Assembly (NCBI GenBank): GCA_964016885.1
Contig: OZ024742.1
Coordinates: forward strand, 4,526,001-4,590,000
Direction: 5' to 3'
Source of the DNA: Eledone cirrhosa
Taxonomy: Eukaryota
Length of the DNA stretch: 64,000 nucleotides
Shown: positions 31,908 to 48,619 of the stretch, piece after piece
Numbering within the stretch: the stretch's first letter is position 1
Layout of the letters: the number at the start of each line of letters is the position of its first letter
The notes under the pieces: model-generated
Databases searched by the model: none
Seen by the model: only the letters and a program-made list of their open reading frames with translations
What the model was told of the DNA's origin: nothing
Translations under genes and position numbers: made by a program

Positions 31908-31908
<1 letters not shown>
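29362..31908 (-). mobile_element. 5'-truncated R4/Dong-like LINE (RLE type) in (TAA)n
   Basis: Bounded by (TAA)n on both sides; contains the 821-aa ORF listed next plus a short 3' UTR. Confidence 0.88.
29436..31901 (-). CDS. RT + CCHC zinc knuckle + restriction-like endonuclease (uninterrupted, N-terminally truncated)
   Basis: YRPITCL, QGDSLSPLLF, FMDDLKL, CRICGEREETVAHIVSEC, RHD, NRPDLVVVD..VDVACP..EKINRY. Confidence 0.92.
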   Translation of the reverse strand: MKQRIVAKSAKIRRYENRVSQYKQNRMFDNNQKMLFGQLEGKERGNDLIPGAEQAKTFWRGIWEQDVRHNAQAGWIETVQREIGEQAQQQTDLSITVETLKGQAKKLTNWKSPGPDGVQGYWIKHLTSLHPKLTAMFNDCLVSGEVPEWLTKGTTVLIMKDRIKGNDVTNYRPITCLPVMWKLLTSIVSEEICHHLHTNNLLPDEQKGCRKKSRRTKDQLLIDKMVMGNCRRRHTDLAMGWIDYRKAFDMVPHSWITKSLEIFRVADNIRQLLGRSMGSWETELTSTGVSLGSVKIKRGIFQGDSLSPLLFVLALMPLTIMLRKVRAGYKLGRGELTINHLLFMDDLKLFGKSEKELDVLVDTVRIFSSDICMQFGIGKCGVIVMRRGRLSRSNGIQIPTGEMIKEIDSEEGYKYLGVLEADGIKNKKMKELLRTEYIRRVRSVLKSHLNSRNAISAVNSRAVSIIRYSAGILRWNVAEQKEMDRKTRKLLTIYNMFHKRSDVDRLYLRRSEGGRGLISIEDCVQMEKNNLYKYVTYSKEPMLRAVLKEGTVGQGISKEEITSRRKSSLKGKSLHSTFFEKTEFRDPQTWNWLRRGDLKKATEGMLMAAQEQALKTKWLKHHIYREEASPLCRICGEREETVAHIVSECKHLAQTHYKGWRHDVMGRVIHWHLCKVNNLPHSEKWYEHRPEAVMENSQVKVLWDFRIQTDKKLEHNRPDLVVVDKEKRSCLIVDVACPFDTRVQEKEREKINRYQDLKWEVKRIWNCHEVKVIPIVIGALGTISKGFQGWLKKIGPFTLFGTLQKACLLGTARTLRYVLNI

Positions 31909-31989
<81 letters not shown>

Positions 31990-31998
31990 CATCATCAC
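31908..31998. repeat. (ATT)n(AGT)n(CAT)n microsatellite
   Basis: Directly visible. Confidence 0.95.
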
Positions 31999-35768
<3,770 letters not shown>

Positions 35769-35999
35769 TAACTAGTGGTTTTTGTTGTTGTAGTTGTTAT
35801 TATTTCAAAAATGTATTATGAGAGTTGTCACTGCTCCTGCTACTGCACCACGGCTTTCTAGAAGTGCCTGCACCATTGCCTTCTCAGATTGTAGGATTGT
35901 TATTAATATACGACAGAAGTCTCGCTTTGTAATAGCGTTTGATTTGCTGCTTTCCGAGTTGTTGTCATGTACCGAGTTTCGTATATATTTATAGTGAAG

Positions 36000-36105
36000 A
36001 CGTATGCTTAGTGAATGACTGCTCGGCTCACAATCGTGTGGTTGTGTGTTCGACTTCTGGCAGCCTGGTGTATCCTTGACCAAAACACTATTTTCACGTT
36101 GCTGA
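36000..36105 (+). mobile_element. Decayed tRNA/CORE-like SINE head
   Basis: cttagtg...gttcgact...tccttgaccaaaacactattttcacgttgct. Confidence 0.5.
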
Positions 36106-36774
36106 AGAAAATGAATTGATTCTGTAATTTAAAGAGCCTTCAGGACTGTGTTAAATGGTATAGTTCTGTGTAGAATACAAAGAAACTTGCACATTAATTT
36201 CATGGGCAGGCTGTTCCGTTGATTAAACAGCTGCAAAAATCGTCGTCCAAAATGATGGAGATCCAATAAGTACATATATGTTGAAACCATTTTATCCATT
36301 TATTCTTCGTAGGTTCCATATATATATATTGACAACTAGACATATCTATAGATGCCGATTCTATCAAGACTAGGAATATATTCGGACTTCGTTTGGCAGA
36401 AATGATAACCATTTGAGTGTTGTTAAAATTAGTTGTACGTTTGCATAGTTCAAAATCTGGGAGCTGTATTGTTACAGAAACGGTTGTCATGCAATAAACG
36501 GATGTAACATAAAGAGGCCTCCTTTATTTAACTTTATTATACTCAACGAAGGGAATAGTATTCGTAGATTTACAATTCTAATGGAATATAAATAAATACT
36601 TCAATTAATGTGTGTTTATAGTTATGTAAACAAACACACACACAAGCACATATATGTCTGTGTGTGTGTGTGTGTATGTGCGCGCGTGTGTGTGTGTGCA
36701 TGTGTGTATGTGCGCGCCTGTGTGTATGTGTATGTATGTGTGTATTTACACATATATATATACGTATATAACTG

Positions 36775-37075
36775 TGATAACTTTGATAAGTTTCGGCCAG
36801 TATTGGCCAAGGAAATGTCTAACTTAATTGCACCACCTGGCGAAGACTTTCAGATCAGGATTTGGACACCATGGCCCACTCAAGTAGAGAGTTATTGTTT
36901 ACGGAGGCATATCCGGGTGTTGGAGGTTTATCCGGGATTTCTTGAGGGAATTTGTCCAAAGATTTCTTGAACTTGATGGGGACTGTTTCTGTTTTAATGT
37001 GTTTTGGTGTAATATTAAAGAGCGGGGCCAATTGTGGTGAAATAGTTGTGCCGTATCATGTTGTCATGCTATAGA
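36775..37075 (-). mobile_element. 3' fragment of a CR1/Jockey-group LINE
   Basis: Minus-strand translation (with frameshift) IGPALFNITPKH..FKKSLDKFPQEIPDKPPTPGY..NSLLEW. Confidence 0.6.
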
Positions 37076-37089
37076 CTACGTTTCTAGAA

Positions 37090-37770
37090 ACGTAGTCTAT
37101 AGCATAAGATGTACAGAGGGTACTTGCAGAAACATGACAACAACATACATAGGCGAGACAGCTCGTAGCATAGGTGAAAGGATAGACCAACACTGGGGGG
37201 AACTAAAAGGACGAAAAAACGGGTCAGTACTATACGAACATGCCAGACAACAACACGACGGTAACATAGACAACATAGAAATTAGAATAATATCTAAACA
37301 TAGAAATGACCCAGCAGATAGGCAAATCAGAGAAGCCAGTGAAATAGAACTTAGAAGGCCAAGACTAAACAGAAAGAATGAATGGAATAACAACAACACC
37401 CAAACAAACAACACTGACCTAAGAGAAGTATAATTAAATAAATAAATAGATAAATAAATAAATAAATAAATACATACACAAGCACAATAACAACAAACAC
37501 ATATAAACACACACTAGTAAACATAGAATACATTAACCAATACACAGTCACCCAATCACGAACACACATCAAACAAAATACTATACACACAGGCAAACGC
37601 ATACGCAAAGAAAACAAAATAAAATAAACAAACAAACAAATAAATAAATAAAAATATAAACAGACTAAATAAAGATGGCGTAGAAATACAATGCAACGGG
37701 AGGAATCTATAGCACCACTGACGATGTTGCAGAAGTGCAACGAAAGAACTTTGATAAACTATATATATGT
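37090..37770 (+). mobile_element. 3' end of a Penelope-like element: GIY-YIG endonuclease, 3' UTR, hammerhead, ending at (TA)n
   Basis: VYSIRC..YIGETARSIGERIDQH..RQIREA..LNRKNEW (ORF 37134-37433), hammerhead motif downstream. Confidence 0.85.
37714..37755 (+). ncRNA. Type I hammerhead ribozyme
   Basis: acca CTGACGA t gttgca-gaag-tgcaac GAAA gaac TT tgat; stem I has one mismatch. Confidence 0.7.
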
Positions 37771-38288
37771 GTTTGTCTATATTGTATCTGTATTATTTTT
37801 GACCGTTGGTCAGTCAATGGCAACATTGAGGACCGAATAAATTAGATTACCGATATAAAAGACACAGAAGCGAAAAGCGAAAACCAACCAAACAGTGAGT
37901 GTGTTCTGTTATTAATTCTGGCAATATTACACAAATATGACCCTCCCCAAGTATAACAATATTTGTTTCGACACACAATTTCATATAAAAAACCTCCCAA
38001 AACTAATTCATCGCCGTTATATATATATATATTGCTGGCCTTGTGCCTAAAGTAGAAACAGTTAATTCCCAAAACTAATCAGATCAGAGCAAACAGCACG
38101 GACACTCTATCTCAAAATTATTTTTGAAAAGCATTTAGAAATGCGCAACCGGTAAAAACTTAAAAACTTAAAACCACAACCGAATACTAAGCCATACAAT
38201 CACTAATACTCTTTTATTCCTAATTAAACCATTTTTCAACTGTGAACAATTTGTCAGCATTTTCTATTCCGTTTACCAATATATATAT

Positions 38289-38365
<77 letters not shown>

Positions 38366-38368
<3 letters not shown>

Positions 38369-38570
38369 CGAAGGAAATGTGGTAAGGAACCAGGTGGACC
38401 ATAACGCACCAAAGTACTCAATACTTGAGGTAGTAGAGTGGGTAATAGGAACCAGTAAGACCCCGACAGCTGAGCTCAAGCCGTTTCGACGGCTAATTCT
38501 GGACTAAAAGTCCAGAATTAGCCGTCGAAACGGCTTGAGCTCAGCTGTCGGGGTCTTACTGGTTCCTATA
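38366..38570. mobile_element. Fold-back PLE terminal fragment in (TA)n: perfect 61-bp hairpin
   Basis: 38445-38505 is the exact reverse complement of 38509-38569. Same family as 44352-45565. Confidence 0.85.
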
Positions 38571-38901
38571 TATATATATATATTTATACGTATATACATA
38601 TGCATACACACACACTCATACACACACACACAAATATATATATAGTGAACCTAATAAACCTTTATTTGTCTGCCTCTCTGTTTTCGTTCGCATCCAATTT
38701 TTCACCATATATATATATATCCATATACTCTTTTACTTTTTTACCTGATCCAGACATCCAGCTGAGGCCATGATGGGGCACCGTCTTTGTTGTTACACAT
38801 TCTATCTCCATGCTGTGTTGGCTGGCCATTGGTGCAATAGCGAGTTCGTTGCTGCTGCCCAAATGTTAACTACATACCGTGCTGTAGGCTCATCCGGGAT
38901 C

Positions 38902-38969
<68 letters not shown>

Positions 38970-39429
38970 TAGTTTCTCTTCTGACTTTACTGACAATACT
39001 CTGTTTTGATTGACTATTGTGCACATCACATATCTCCTCCTCCCATTGTCCGTTGTTAGATGAAATATAAAGTTAGTACAGACAAGACATTATATTTTAT
39101 TTCCAAAGATCGTATACAGTCTTAAATTGTTTGTGGAAAACTGGAAAACTGGAAACAATACAACAAAACATATATATAATACATAGAACCATCTTTGTTA
39201 TCATAACGAAAAAACGTGACGAAATTCATAAATGCATGTGGTTAGCATTTTATACTGCATCTTATGCGAGGGATTGGTGAAGATGAAAGCTCTCTTTAAC
39301 TGTCTTTTTCGCAGAAAAGATTGTATTACTTAGTACTTATTAACATGGTAATCAAAGGCTAGAAAAAATTCAGTCTAGTGTCGATCATGTCCTTTGATAT
39401 AATTCTAAATATTATATATATATACTGTA

Positions 39430-39452
39430 TATGTGTGTGTGTATGTCTGTGT

Positions 39453-39495
<43 letters not shown>

Positions 39496-39563
39496 TGTAT
39501 GTATATATATGTATATGTATATATTTAATATATATATATGTATATATATATATAGAGAGAGAG

Positions 39564-39631
<68 letters not shown>

Positions 39632-39659
39632 AGAGAGAGAGAATGAGAGAGAGAGAGAA

Positions 39660-39740
<81 letters not shown>
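39430..39740. repeat. (TA)n/(GA)n microsatellite block
   Basis: Directly visible. Confidence 0.95.
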
Positions 39741-39744
<4 letters not shown>

Positions 39745-39756
39745 TGTTTAGCATTC

Positions 39757-39956
39757 NNNNNNNNNNNNNNNNNNNNNNNNNNNNNNNNNNNNNNNNNNNN
39801 NNNNNNNNNNNNNNNNNNNNNNNNNNNNNNNNNNNNNNNNNNNNNNNNNNNNNNNNNNNNNNNNNNNNNNNNNNNNNNNNNNNNNNNNNNNNNNNNNNNN
39901 NNNNNNNNNNNNNNNNNNNNNNNNNNNNNNNNNNNNNNNNNNNNNNNNNNNNNNNN
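39757..39956. other. Assembly gap (200 N)
   Basis: Run of N; tgtttagcattc on both sides. Confidence 0.99.
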
Positions 39957-41004
39957 TGTTTAGCATTCATATTTCGGGGTTTCCTTTTTTTCTGGTGGTG
40001 AATCCTGTAAGAAGAGACGGTCGGTCTGACTTTGTTTTATGGCATTACCAATATATCTCTGTTACATTCCTTTTTAAAAATGCCAGCAAATGAATACCAA
40101 AATGAAAGACTTATGAATAACTCGATAACGGCGCCATGGCCATAGAATATTTCATTAAAGATCTAACGGAAGGTAACCATTGATGTAATACCATGAAGAC
40201 AACAGTATAAAGAGTTCCCGACAACATTCAAAGACATTTTATATTCAATTATCTCATAGGAACTATCTATAAAACTATGAAGAGAAACGTTTATGTTCAT
40301 TGTTTTGTATTTTGTTTCGCTTTGTTGTTTTATATTTTTTGTGTTTTCTTTATCTTTTATCTCTTATGAAATATCATTGTCTTGCTTTTTCTGTGTTTTA
40401 CTTTAAAAAGTTATACATATTTCGTAATTACGAAGAGATGAAAAGTTTCATGAATGAAGTTTCAATCAAGGTGTATTTAACTTGAGGATAATAACAAAAA
40501 AAAATAGATGAAAGGTATTATGTGTCCAATGTCCAACCCAGGCGCCGTTTCTACAAACTTTCGTACAGATTTCTTCTCCACAGCTAAAACATGTAAGCTG
40601 AAAAATAGATCGATGCTGATTAGTTATAGCCCCAATTACTGGCCAATATATAGGGAATCAATTCCTTTTTATTTACAGAAATAACGAAAATAATATTAGA
40701 CTGTGAACAATATTGTTATTTTCCATGCCGAATATTTCTTTCTACTTGTCTTGTAGATTCTCCTTATATTAAATATGGTAGCACTCACTCAACTATTGCT
40801 ATTCGTGCTGATAGAAAAATTATTTCTTCTCTAAAGCATTTTACTTTTTCACACCAGACATTTTATAAAGTTATACAATGATAATTTATTTTTCAAACGA
40901 GATGTCTGCGAACATTTAATATAAACAGAGTGGTTTCTGAAAATATTAGGAACCATCCAATAAATGACGAGAACATTCCGACATTCTGATTTATAAACTG
41001 AGGC

Positions 41005-41235
41005 TCATCAGGCCGGTGTTTATCCCGTGAAGTGACTCCCCTCTGGACAGAACGCCAGTCCATCGCATGGTTAAACACCCAACTATTGCTGGTACTCATT
41101 GTCGGCTGTGCATAGTGGAGCAATGTGAAATGAAGTGTTTTGCTCAAAAACACAACACTCAACCCAGTAAAGAATCGAACCCATGACATTATGATCATAA
41201 ATCCAGCACACTTACTACTAGGCCACGTGACTCCA
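41005..41235 (-). mobile_element. tRNA/CORE-like SINE
   Basis: Reverse complement: gtggcctagtag...ggttcgattc...ttgagcaaaacacttcatttcacattgctc...gcgatggactggcg. Confidence 0.7.
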
Positions 41236-41330
41236 CGTTTTACCTGGCACGAGGCTACTTTATGCAGGAAATGGCTATGGATTGAATAAACGTGTAAATA
41301 AAGTATGTATGAAACAGGTGTAGACTACAA

Positions 41331-41627
41331 GACAGTTGGTTCGATGGGGTCTAGTTGACTGGACACTAGACAGTTGGTTCTATGGGGTCTAGTTGACTGG
41401 ACAATTGGTTCTATGGGATCTAGTTGACTGGACAGTTGGGTCTATGGGGTCTGGTAGACTGGACAGTTGGTTCTATGGGGTCTAGTAGACTGGAAAGTTG
41501 GTTCTATGGGGTCTAGTTGACTGGACACTAGACAGTTGGTTCTAAGGGGTGTAATTGACTGGACAGTTGGTTCTATGGGGTCTAATTGACTGGACAGTTG
41601 GTTCTATGGGGTCTAGTTGACTGGACA
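41331..41627. repeat. 31-bp minisatellite, about 9 copies
   Basis: gacagttggttctatggggtctagttgactg, two units with a gacacta insertion. Confidence 0.9.
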
Positions 41628-42459
41628 ACGATATTGGCATATTCTTAAGGGGCTGCTATATTCTATTACGCATGAGCCTATCGTTTTCTATGGCAGTTGT
41701 CTTCTATGGTCAATAGCCTACTAGGTATAATGGTATTTCCGTAGGGACTGGTTACATTTTACTGGATACAATCCCGTTGATTTCTAGCATATATCATTGA
41801 CTAGGAATGAGGCAACTATTTTATTGATGTGACTATATTTGACTGAGCCAGAGGTTTACTTTTGTAGTAGGCGACACCCGTCTACAGAATTATTCATACA
41901 TATTCTATGCATGGTAGACCACAGAAATTTGAATCTGATGAAAAACATTCGTAATAAAAATAAATAGCCAAACACTACTAAATAATGTAAACCCTATACT
42001 CGGAGAGTTTAAACATGAATGTAACGTCATTGTCCTGTAAATATCAAAGAAATATTAATTCGTTATGGCGGGCAGAATGCCATAATTTGGTATCACTGGA
42101 ATCGAGCAGCAATACAAACTCAATTAGTGATTATAAAATCGACAAGGAAAAGATCAAAGATGAACATGACAATTGGCAATGTTTCATGGTAGAATGCTGA
42201 GAGTCGAAACTGTTACCACTCTCATTGAAAAGAAAAAAACGCGGGTTTAATCAACAATATCTCTAAAATAATGTGTGACTGTGTGTTCAGCTGTTTGTTA
42301 AAAGTATCGTGGCAAATTATAATGTGATGTAGGTTATAGAAAACTGTTACAGGCATAAAAGATTGACTTGTAGGAAACGGTGCCATACATGTATTGGGAT
42401 TATGGCGGATATGGTACATCTGTTGACAGGATATTTTATGGTGGACTCTTCCATAATGA

Positions 42460-42730
42460 GAGCAGATATCGCTTGAATTGTAAGCATCCTTAAATACTTA
42501 TTTTTTAGAGTTCAGGTATATTTTCAATGAACTCAAACTCTCTAAAGTTTTGAATTTTTCCCTGTGGCATGAGGAACATCTCTTTGTTCTATTGATGTAA
42601 TATCTGGACCTACCTAACATCCTCCATTTTATCTTATAGGGGACTGCTTTATATTTTAATTGCCAAACTCGTTTCACCAAAGATGTGTAGATCTTTATTT
42701 CAGGGTGCCTAAATTAAAAGCTAATATTTG
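42460..42730 (-). pseudogene. Decayed PLE GIY-YIG C-terminal region
   Basis: VWQLK..YKIKWRML..KRCSSCHREK..LNSK, same pattern as 48266-48619. Confidence 0.6.
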
Positions 42731-42907
42731 GTGTTATAAAAGGCGGTATGTGTTTTCAGTGGTCATTTAATTCAATAGTACAGAGCGCTCAGAGATACAG
42801 AGTTTGATTCTCTGCTGACCCCTTCTTATGGTCTATATGGTATTATGCCCTATTTTCCAAATACCTGTTTTCACAGTTATTTTCCTTTTTTGGAAAATGT
42901 TCTTTAT

Positions 42908-43005
<98 letters not shown>

Positions 43006-43846
43006 GACACACATTAAAATTTTGTCTATAATAATAATTCTGTTTGGATATTTGCCCGTGTGTCTCACGAAAGCTACGCTCTCACAAATAAACATGTGCA
43101 ATTTTCATTGAGAACACATGGAACAGAACATGCGTTCTCTGTCCATGGTGTTGACTGCCTCTCTATTAAAGAGCTGAATATGCTACTTTAGTAATATCTG
43201 ATCCTACATCGACCAGGAGGTGTGGCCTACAGATAATATCAGTACCGAAAAGAGGAATGGAAACAGATTCCTTGATCGCATCTGACTATTGACTTCTTAC
43301 TTTTTCTTATATCTATTAAAAATGCTCGATTTCTTGAAACATAGTCATAAAACGTTCGCCATTGTCATGTATAATGTTTTATAACACCGGTTCAGGGGTT
43401 AGCATTTTATGTTCTAGTCAAACATTTCTAATTCCTGTGAGAAATATTCTAACACACCATTCAGGAATTCTCTGTGAATATAAAACGTAGATATAAAAAG
43501 TATATACCTAATGTTGTGATTATACGAGATAAGATCTCCCAATATCCTTCGTTTTATTTCATTCTTTTACTGGCCAATACAATAAGATGCCATATAAACT
43601 GTTCATGAAAGTTTTTTTGTGTTATCCTGTATGAACATAAATCATTACTACCTTCTATACATGATCGATATCGATGAAGAAACTAATCACAAATGACAAA
43701 TATACAATATGTCACATATCTTCGATTGTGGCTTCAAAAATCATATTTTTGACAAATCTTGTTACATTTTAATCAATGGTTATTAAAACCCTTTTATGGC
43801 ATTCGATATAAATATGTGTGCGTGTATCTGTGCATGTATGTGTGTT

Positions 43847-43906
<60 letters not shown>

Positions 43907-44351
43907 TATTCATGTATACTTACACATACATATACTTACAAACTTATATTTATTATTATTATATATTTGTTTGCATGTATAGACGTACATAAAAGTGTAC
44001 ATATATACAGGTTCGCGTCTGTCTTATAATAATGATGATGATGACTGATGTAGTTTGCTGAGAAAATGTCAGATATTTGGGATCGAATCGCATCAAATAA
44101 TCAGAAACTTGGTTGACAACACTAAAACTATTTTAGAAATATCTTGAGAAAAGAACAAATACAATACATGCATTGAAACACACACTCACACACGTACACA
44201 TATGTCTATGTATATATATATGTATATATTTGTAAATGCGCGTATATATGAATGTATATATATGTGTGCACATACATACATACGTACATATATATATATA
44301 CATATATATATATATGTATATATATACACACACACATATATATATATATAT

Positions 44352-45565
44352 AACAAAGAATTGTGGTAAGGAACCAGATGGACATTAACGCACCAGAGTA
44401 CTCAATACTTAGGGTAGTAGAGTGGGAATAGGAAAATGTATGACCCCGACGGTAGAGATCAAGCCGTTTCGACGGCTATTTCTGGACTAAATTAGAATGT
44501 TTAGCCTGGTGAATAAATACCCGAACTTGTCAAGGGGGTACTTCCTTATATGGGAAGATTGTAGTTGTCAAGAGGATTGGTTAAAATTTGTTGCAAACAC
44601 AAATAAGTCTATCATGGCATTTGATGGGAGGTAGGGGTGGCTGAACTTGCCTGTAGAACAATAGGGGAGTGAGTGGAGCGGTCAAGCGTTGAGAGTGATA
44701 TGTATACAGCAGATTCTAAGGATAGTGTATTAAGTGGAGGAGGGAGGTTATAGAATAGGTAAATCGAATGAGAGTAGGAGACAATAAAAGATAATAGAAA
44801 TAAATAAAAAATATATAAAATTAGATAGTGAGAGATGAATAAAAAAATCACAATGCTATCTTACAATTATAGGTTAATAAGTTGAGAATAGAAAAAACTT
44901 GTAGAAATTGAGTAGTAACAAAACTGATACAAAATTAAAGGGGTTTAACACATCTGCTATAAGTAGTTAGTAAAACGTATTTGGCCAATTTTATCTTAAA
45001 ATTAGAGGGTGGAGTAACTGATGCTACAGAGGCCCGATGGGCTGCATTGGGGTAGACGAAAGGGGAAAAGCAGACGAGGAAGAAAATAGGGGTGGAAGGA
45101 AGTGATAGGATGAGATAGGGGAAAGAAGAAGACAAAGAGGAAAAGAAAAGAGATACATCTACCTATGTAAGCTAATTTTATATATTTTTTTATTTCTTTC
45201 TATTATCTTTTATTGTCTCCTACTCTCATTCGACTTACCTATTCTACAACCTCCCACCTCCACTTCATACACTATCCTTAGAATCTGCTGTATACATATC
45301 ACTCTCAACGCTTGACCGCTCCATTCACTCCCCTATTATTCTACAGGTAAGTTCAGCCACCCCTACCTCCCACCAAATGCCATGATAGACTTATTTGTGT
45401 TTACAACAAATTTTAACCAATCCTCTTGACAACTACAATCTTCCCATATAAGGAAGTACCCCCTTGACAAGTTCGGCTATTTATTCACCAGTCTAGAAAT
45501 TCTAATTTAGTCCAGAAATAGCCGTCGAAACGGCTTGTGCTCTGCCGTCGGGGTCATATTTTTTA
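44352..45565. mobile_element. Fold-back PLE-type element in (TA)n, ~385-bp inverted arms
   Basis: 44440-44825 is inverted at 45172-45558; each arm holds a hammerhead motif. Confidence 0.85.
45458..45554 (+). ncRNA. Type I hammerhead with U3-A8 core and long stem II (mirror copy 44443-44539, minus)
   Basis: accccc TTGACAA gttcggctattt...aaatagccgtc GAAA cggc-loop-gccg TC ggggt. Confidence 0.7.
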
Positions 45566-45587
45566 CTATGTATATATATATATATAT

Positions 45588-47737
45588 AAAATTGAAAAAG
45601 TGGAGAATAACATGGTCAACAGTACACAAATGGGGATTTATTTGCAATTGTATTCACTGATAAAGTTGTCTAAAAATTGCTGAACACTAAAAGCAGTGAC
45701 ACTCAATTGTAAATACGATGTTAACTCTATCAGATCTTCGGAAACTGTTAAAAATATATATATGTATCCGGCAAATTTACAAATTCAAATTACATCATTA
45801 ATAATAATATTAATAATAAAGATATAGATAGAAAAGGAGGAACAAAGGGAGATAGATACATATAAGAAAGAAAGTAAAGGAAGGAGAAAGAAGAAGAAGG
45901 AAAACGAAAAAGAAAAAGAAAAAGAAAAAGAAAAAGAAAAAGAGAAAGAATAAGAAAAGGCGAAATTATTATAGATAGAAATATAAAGAGAGGAAGATAT
46001 ACAGATGGTTGATAGAGGAGAGAGAAACATAAGTAAAATAACGTAGGATAGAAAGAAGAATAGAGGGACACATAGATGAATAAACGTTAATACATGAATA
46101 AATGTAAATAAAAATAAAAATAGATATATAAAAAATATATGAACAAATATATTAAAAAATATATAAAAAATTGATAAATTAATAAATAAATAAGTTATAT
46201 CTAATGTGATATAAAACGGTATAAAATGTGAAAAATGAAGAATAAAAATAAATACGTAAAAGGAGTAAAAAGAGTAAAAATGTGCGAAGAATATTTAAAC
46301 ATATTAAAATTATTGAGAATGGTTTTTGAGAATTGTTGTAATATGTGGAGAGATAATGAGGTGAAAATATGATAATGTTAAATATATTTATGTATATTGG
46401 TTATTTTAATAAATAAATTAATTAATTAGTTTTAAGTTATATTATATGATAAATAAATAAAGAGATGAAATAAATTTAGGGAGAGAAATATAAAGATAAA
46501 GAGGGAAAAATAGAGATATATAAAATAAGAATGTAAATATAAGAGGTTTTGATGTTGTTCTTTGATAGATGATGACAATTATAATTATAATTATAATTAT
46601 AATGATGATGATGTTGATAATGTGATATCATAATAGATCCAAGTGGTACAAACTGGGTTATCGATATTTTTCACTCTTTATCTTTATATTTCTCTCCCTA
46701 AATTTATTTCATCTGTAATTTTATTTTATCATATAATATAACTTAAAACTAATTAATTAATTTATTTATTAAAATAACCAATACACATAAATATATTTAA
46801 CATTATCATATTTTCACCTCATTATCTCTCCACATATTACAACAATTCTCAAAAAACATTCTCAATAATTTTAATATGTTTAAATATTCTTCGCACATTT
46901 TTACTCTTTTTACTCCTTTTACATATTTATTTTTATTCTTCATTTTTCACATTTTATACCATTTTATATCACATTAGATATAACTTATTTATTTATTTAT
47001 TTATCAATTTTTTATATATTTTTTTATATATTTGTTCATATATTTTTTATATATCTATTTTTATTTTTATTTACATTTATGCATGTATTAACGTTTATTC
47101 ATCTGTGTCCCTCTATTCTTATGTTTCTCTCTCCTCTATCAACCATCTTCTATATATCTTCCTCTCTTTATATTTCTATCTATAATAATTTCTCCTTTTC
47201 TTTTTCTTTTTCTTTTTCTTTTTCTTTTTCTTTTTCTTTTTCTTTTTCTTTTTCCTTCTTCTTCTTTCTCCTTCCTTTACTTTCTTTCTTATATGTATCT
47301 ATCTCCCTTTCTTCCTCCTTTTCTCTCTATATCTTTACTATTAATATTATTATAGATGATGTAATTTGAATTTGTAAATTTGCCGGTTACACATATATTT
47401 TTTTAACAGTTTCCGATGATCTAATAAAGTTAACATCGTATTTAAAATTGAGTGGCACTATTTTTAGTGTTCAGCAATTTTTAGACAACTTAATCAGTGG
47501 AACAATTGTGAAACTGAAAATAAATCCCCTTTTTTGTACTGTTGACCATGTTATTCTCCACTTTTTCAATGTTATTACTCCAAGGTAAACTTACTTAGGA
47601 ATACAAGTGAAATCATAAACTCGTCATCTACGTAAACCTCTTGTTGAGTCCAGCAACGCCGTACGCTAAAACTATCCATAATAGGAAGTATTCACATCCT
47701 CTAATTGGATTACCTAAAAGGATATTTTGTTATCCTT
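45588..47737. mobile_element. Fold-back element in (TA)n, ~0.9-kb inverted arms
   Basis: 45591-46512 is inverted at 46665-47569. Degenerate hammerhead-like motif at 47407-47516 (cagttt CCGATGA...GGAA caattg TG aaactg). Confidence 0.8.
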
Positions 47738-47846
47738 TATATATATATATATATATAGTAATAATAATAAATTTGAAGACTAAGGATAAATATATATCAA
47801 ATATATAAGAACCGTAGAGCAAATATTTATTAAAATAACAGATTAA

Positions 47847-47897
47847 AGTTTAAGCAAAGAATCGCTGCTTTCACCCTTAACGGGATCTTCTGAAACT
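47847..47897 (-). ncRNA. Hammerhead-like motif with A at position 4
   Basis: agttt CAGAAGA tccc-gttaa-gggt GAAA gca..tgc TT aaact; further copies at 49588-49638 and ~53748-53790. Confidence 0.6.
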
Positions 47898-48265
47898 AAC
47901 AAAGTCAATCTGTAAACGCAGAAGTGGATATTTCAAAAAACGTTGCAACCGGAGGAAGACAGAAAGACGATACTTTGGTTCGTGGAAACGTTCCCTGGCA
48001 AAGAACGGGAAAAAACGAATATAATACGTCATTAATGGGAGCGGTGAAAAACAATTACGCGCAAAGACAGAACCACGTTTATGGTATAAAAGAAGTCGTA
48101 GACTAATATTCTCTTAGGTGGTTCATAGAGACGTTCTCTGGCAATGAACGGAAAAAACGAAGATAATACGTCATATGTGGAGCGTGGAGAACAATGCACG
48201 CAAAGACAAAACCACGTAAATGGTATAGCTGAAGTCATAGACTAAAGATTTAACTAGGAAACCGA

Positions 48266-48619
48266 ATGAATCTCCGCTTCAGTAACATTGTCTACAAAAG
48301 TAAGGTTGAAACACCCACGTCCCGTAGGGTCTACATAGGGTTAACCACCAATAGATTCAAGCAGCGTCTTTACATGCATACCCATTCTTTTCGTTACCCT
48401 CTAAGAAGGAATATGACGTCACTTTCGGCTTATATCTGGAGTCTAAAAGACAACCACACCCAATATAAGTTACACTGGGAGATCCTAGCTAGGGCTAGAT
48501 CGTATAACGGAAATAAAAGACCACGTGACCTCTCCGCCGCTGAGGCCCTGGAAATACTCTACGCCACAGACCACATCTTAAACAAAAAATCTGAGGCAAT
48601 TTCAGCTTGTAAACATTAA
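48266..48619 (+). pseudogene. GIY-YIG endonuclease domain (PLE, truncated)
   Basis: NIVYK..VYIGLTTNRFKQRLYMH..SF..TSLSAYIWSLK..WEIL..LNKKSE..CKH. Confidence 0.85.

Noticed and set aside
35805-36490. Short ORFs as possible exons
   Set aside because: No recognisable domain; one overlaps a SINE.
36775-36812. Hammerhead-like ggccaatactggccgaaac on the minus strand
   Set aside because: No CUGANGA upstream; better explained as the 3' stem-loop of the LINE fragment.
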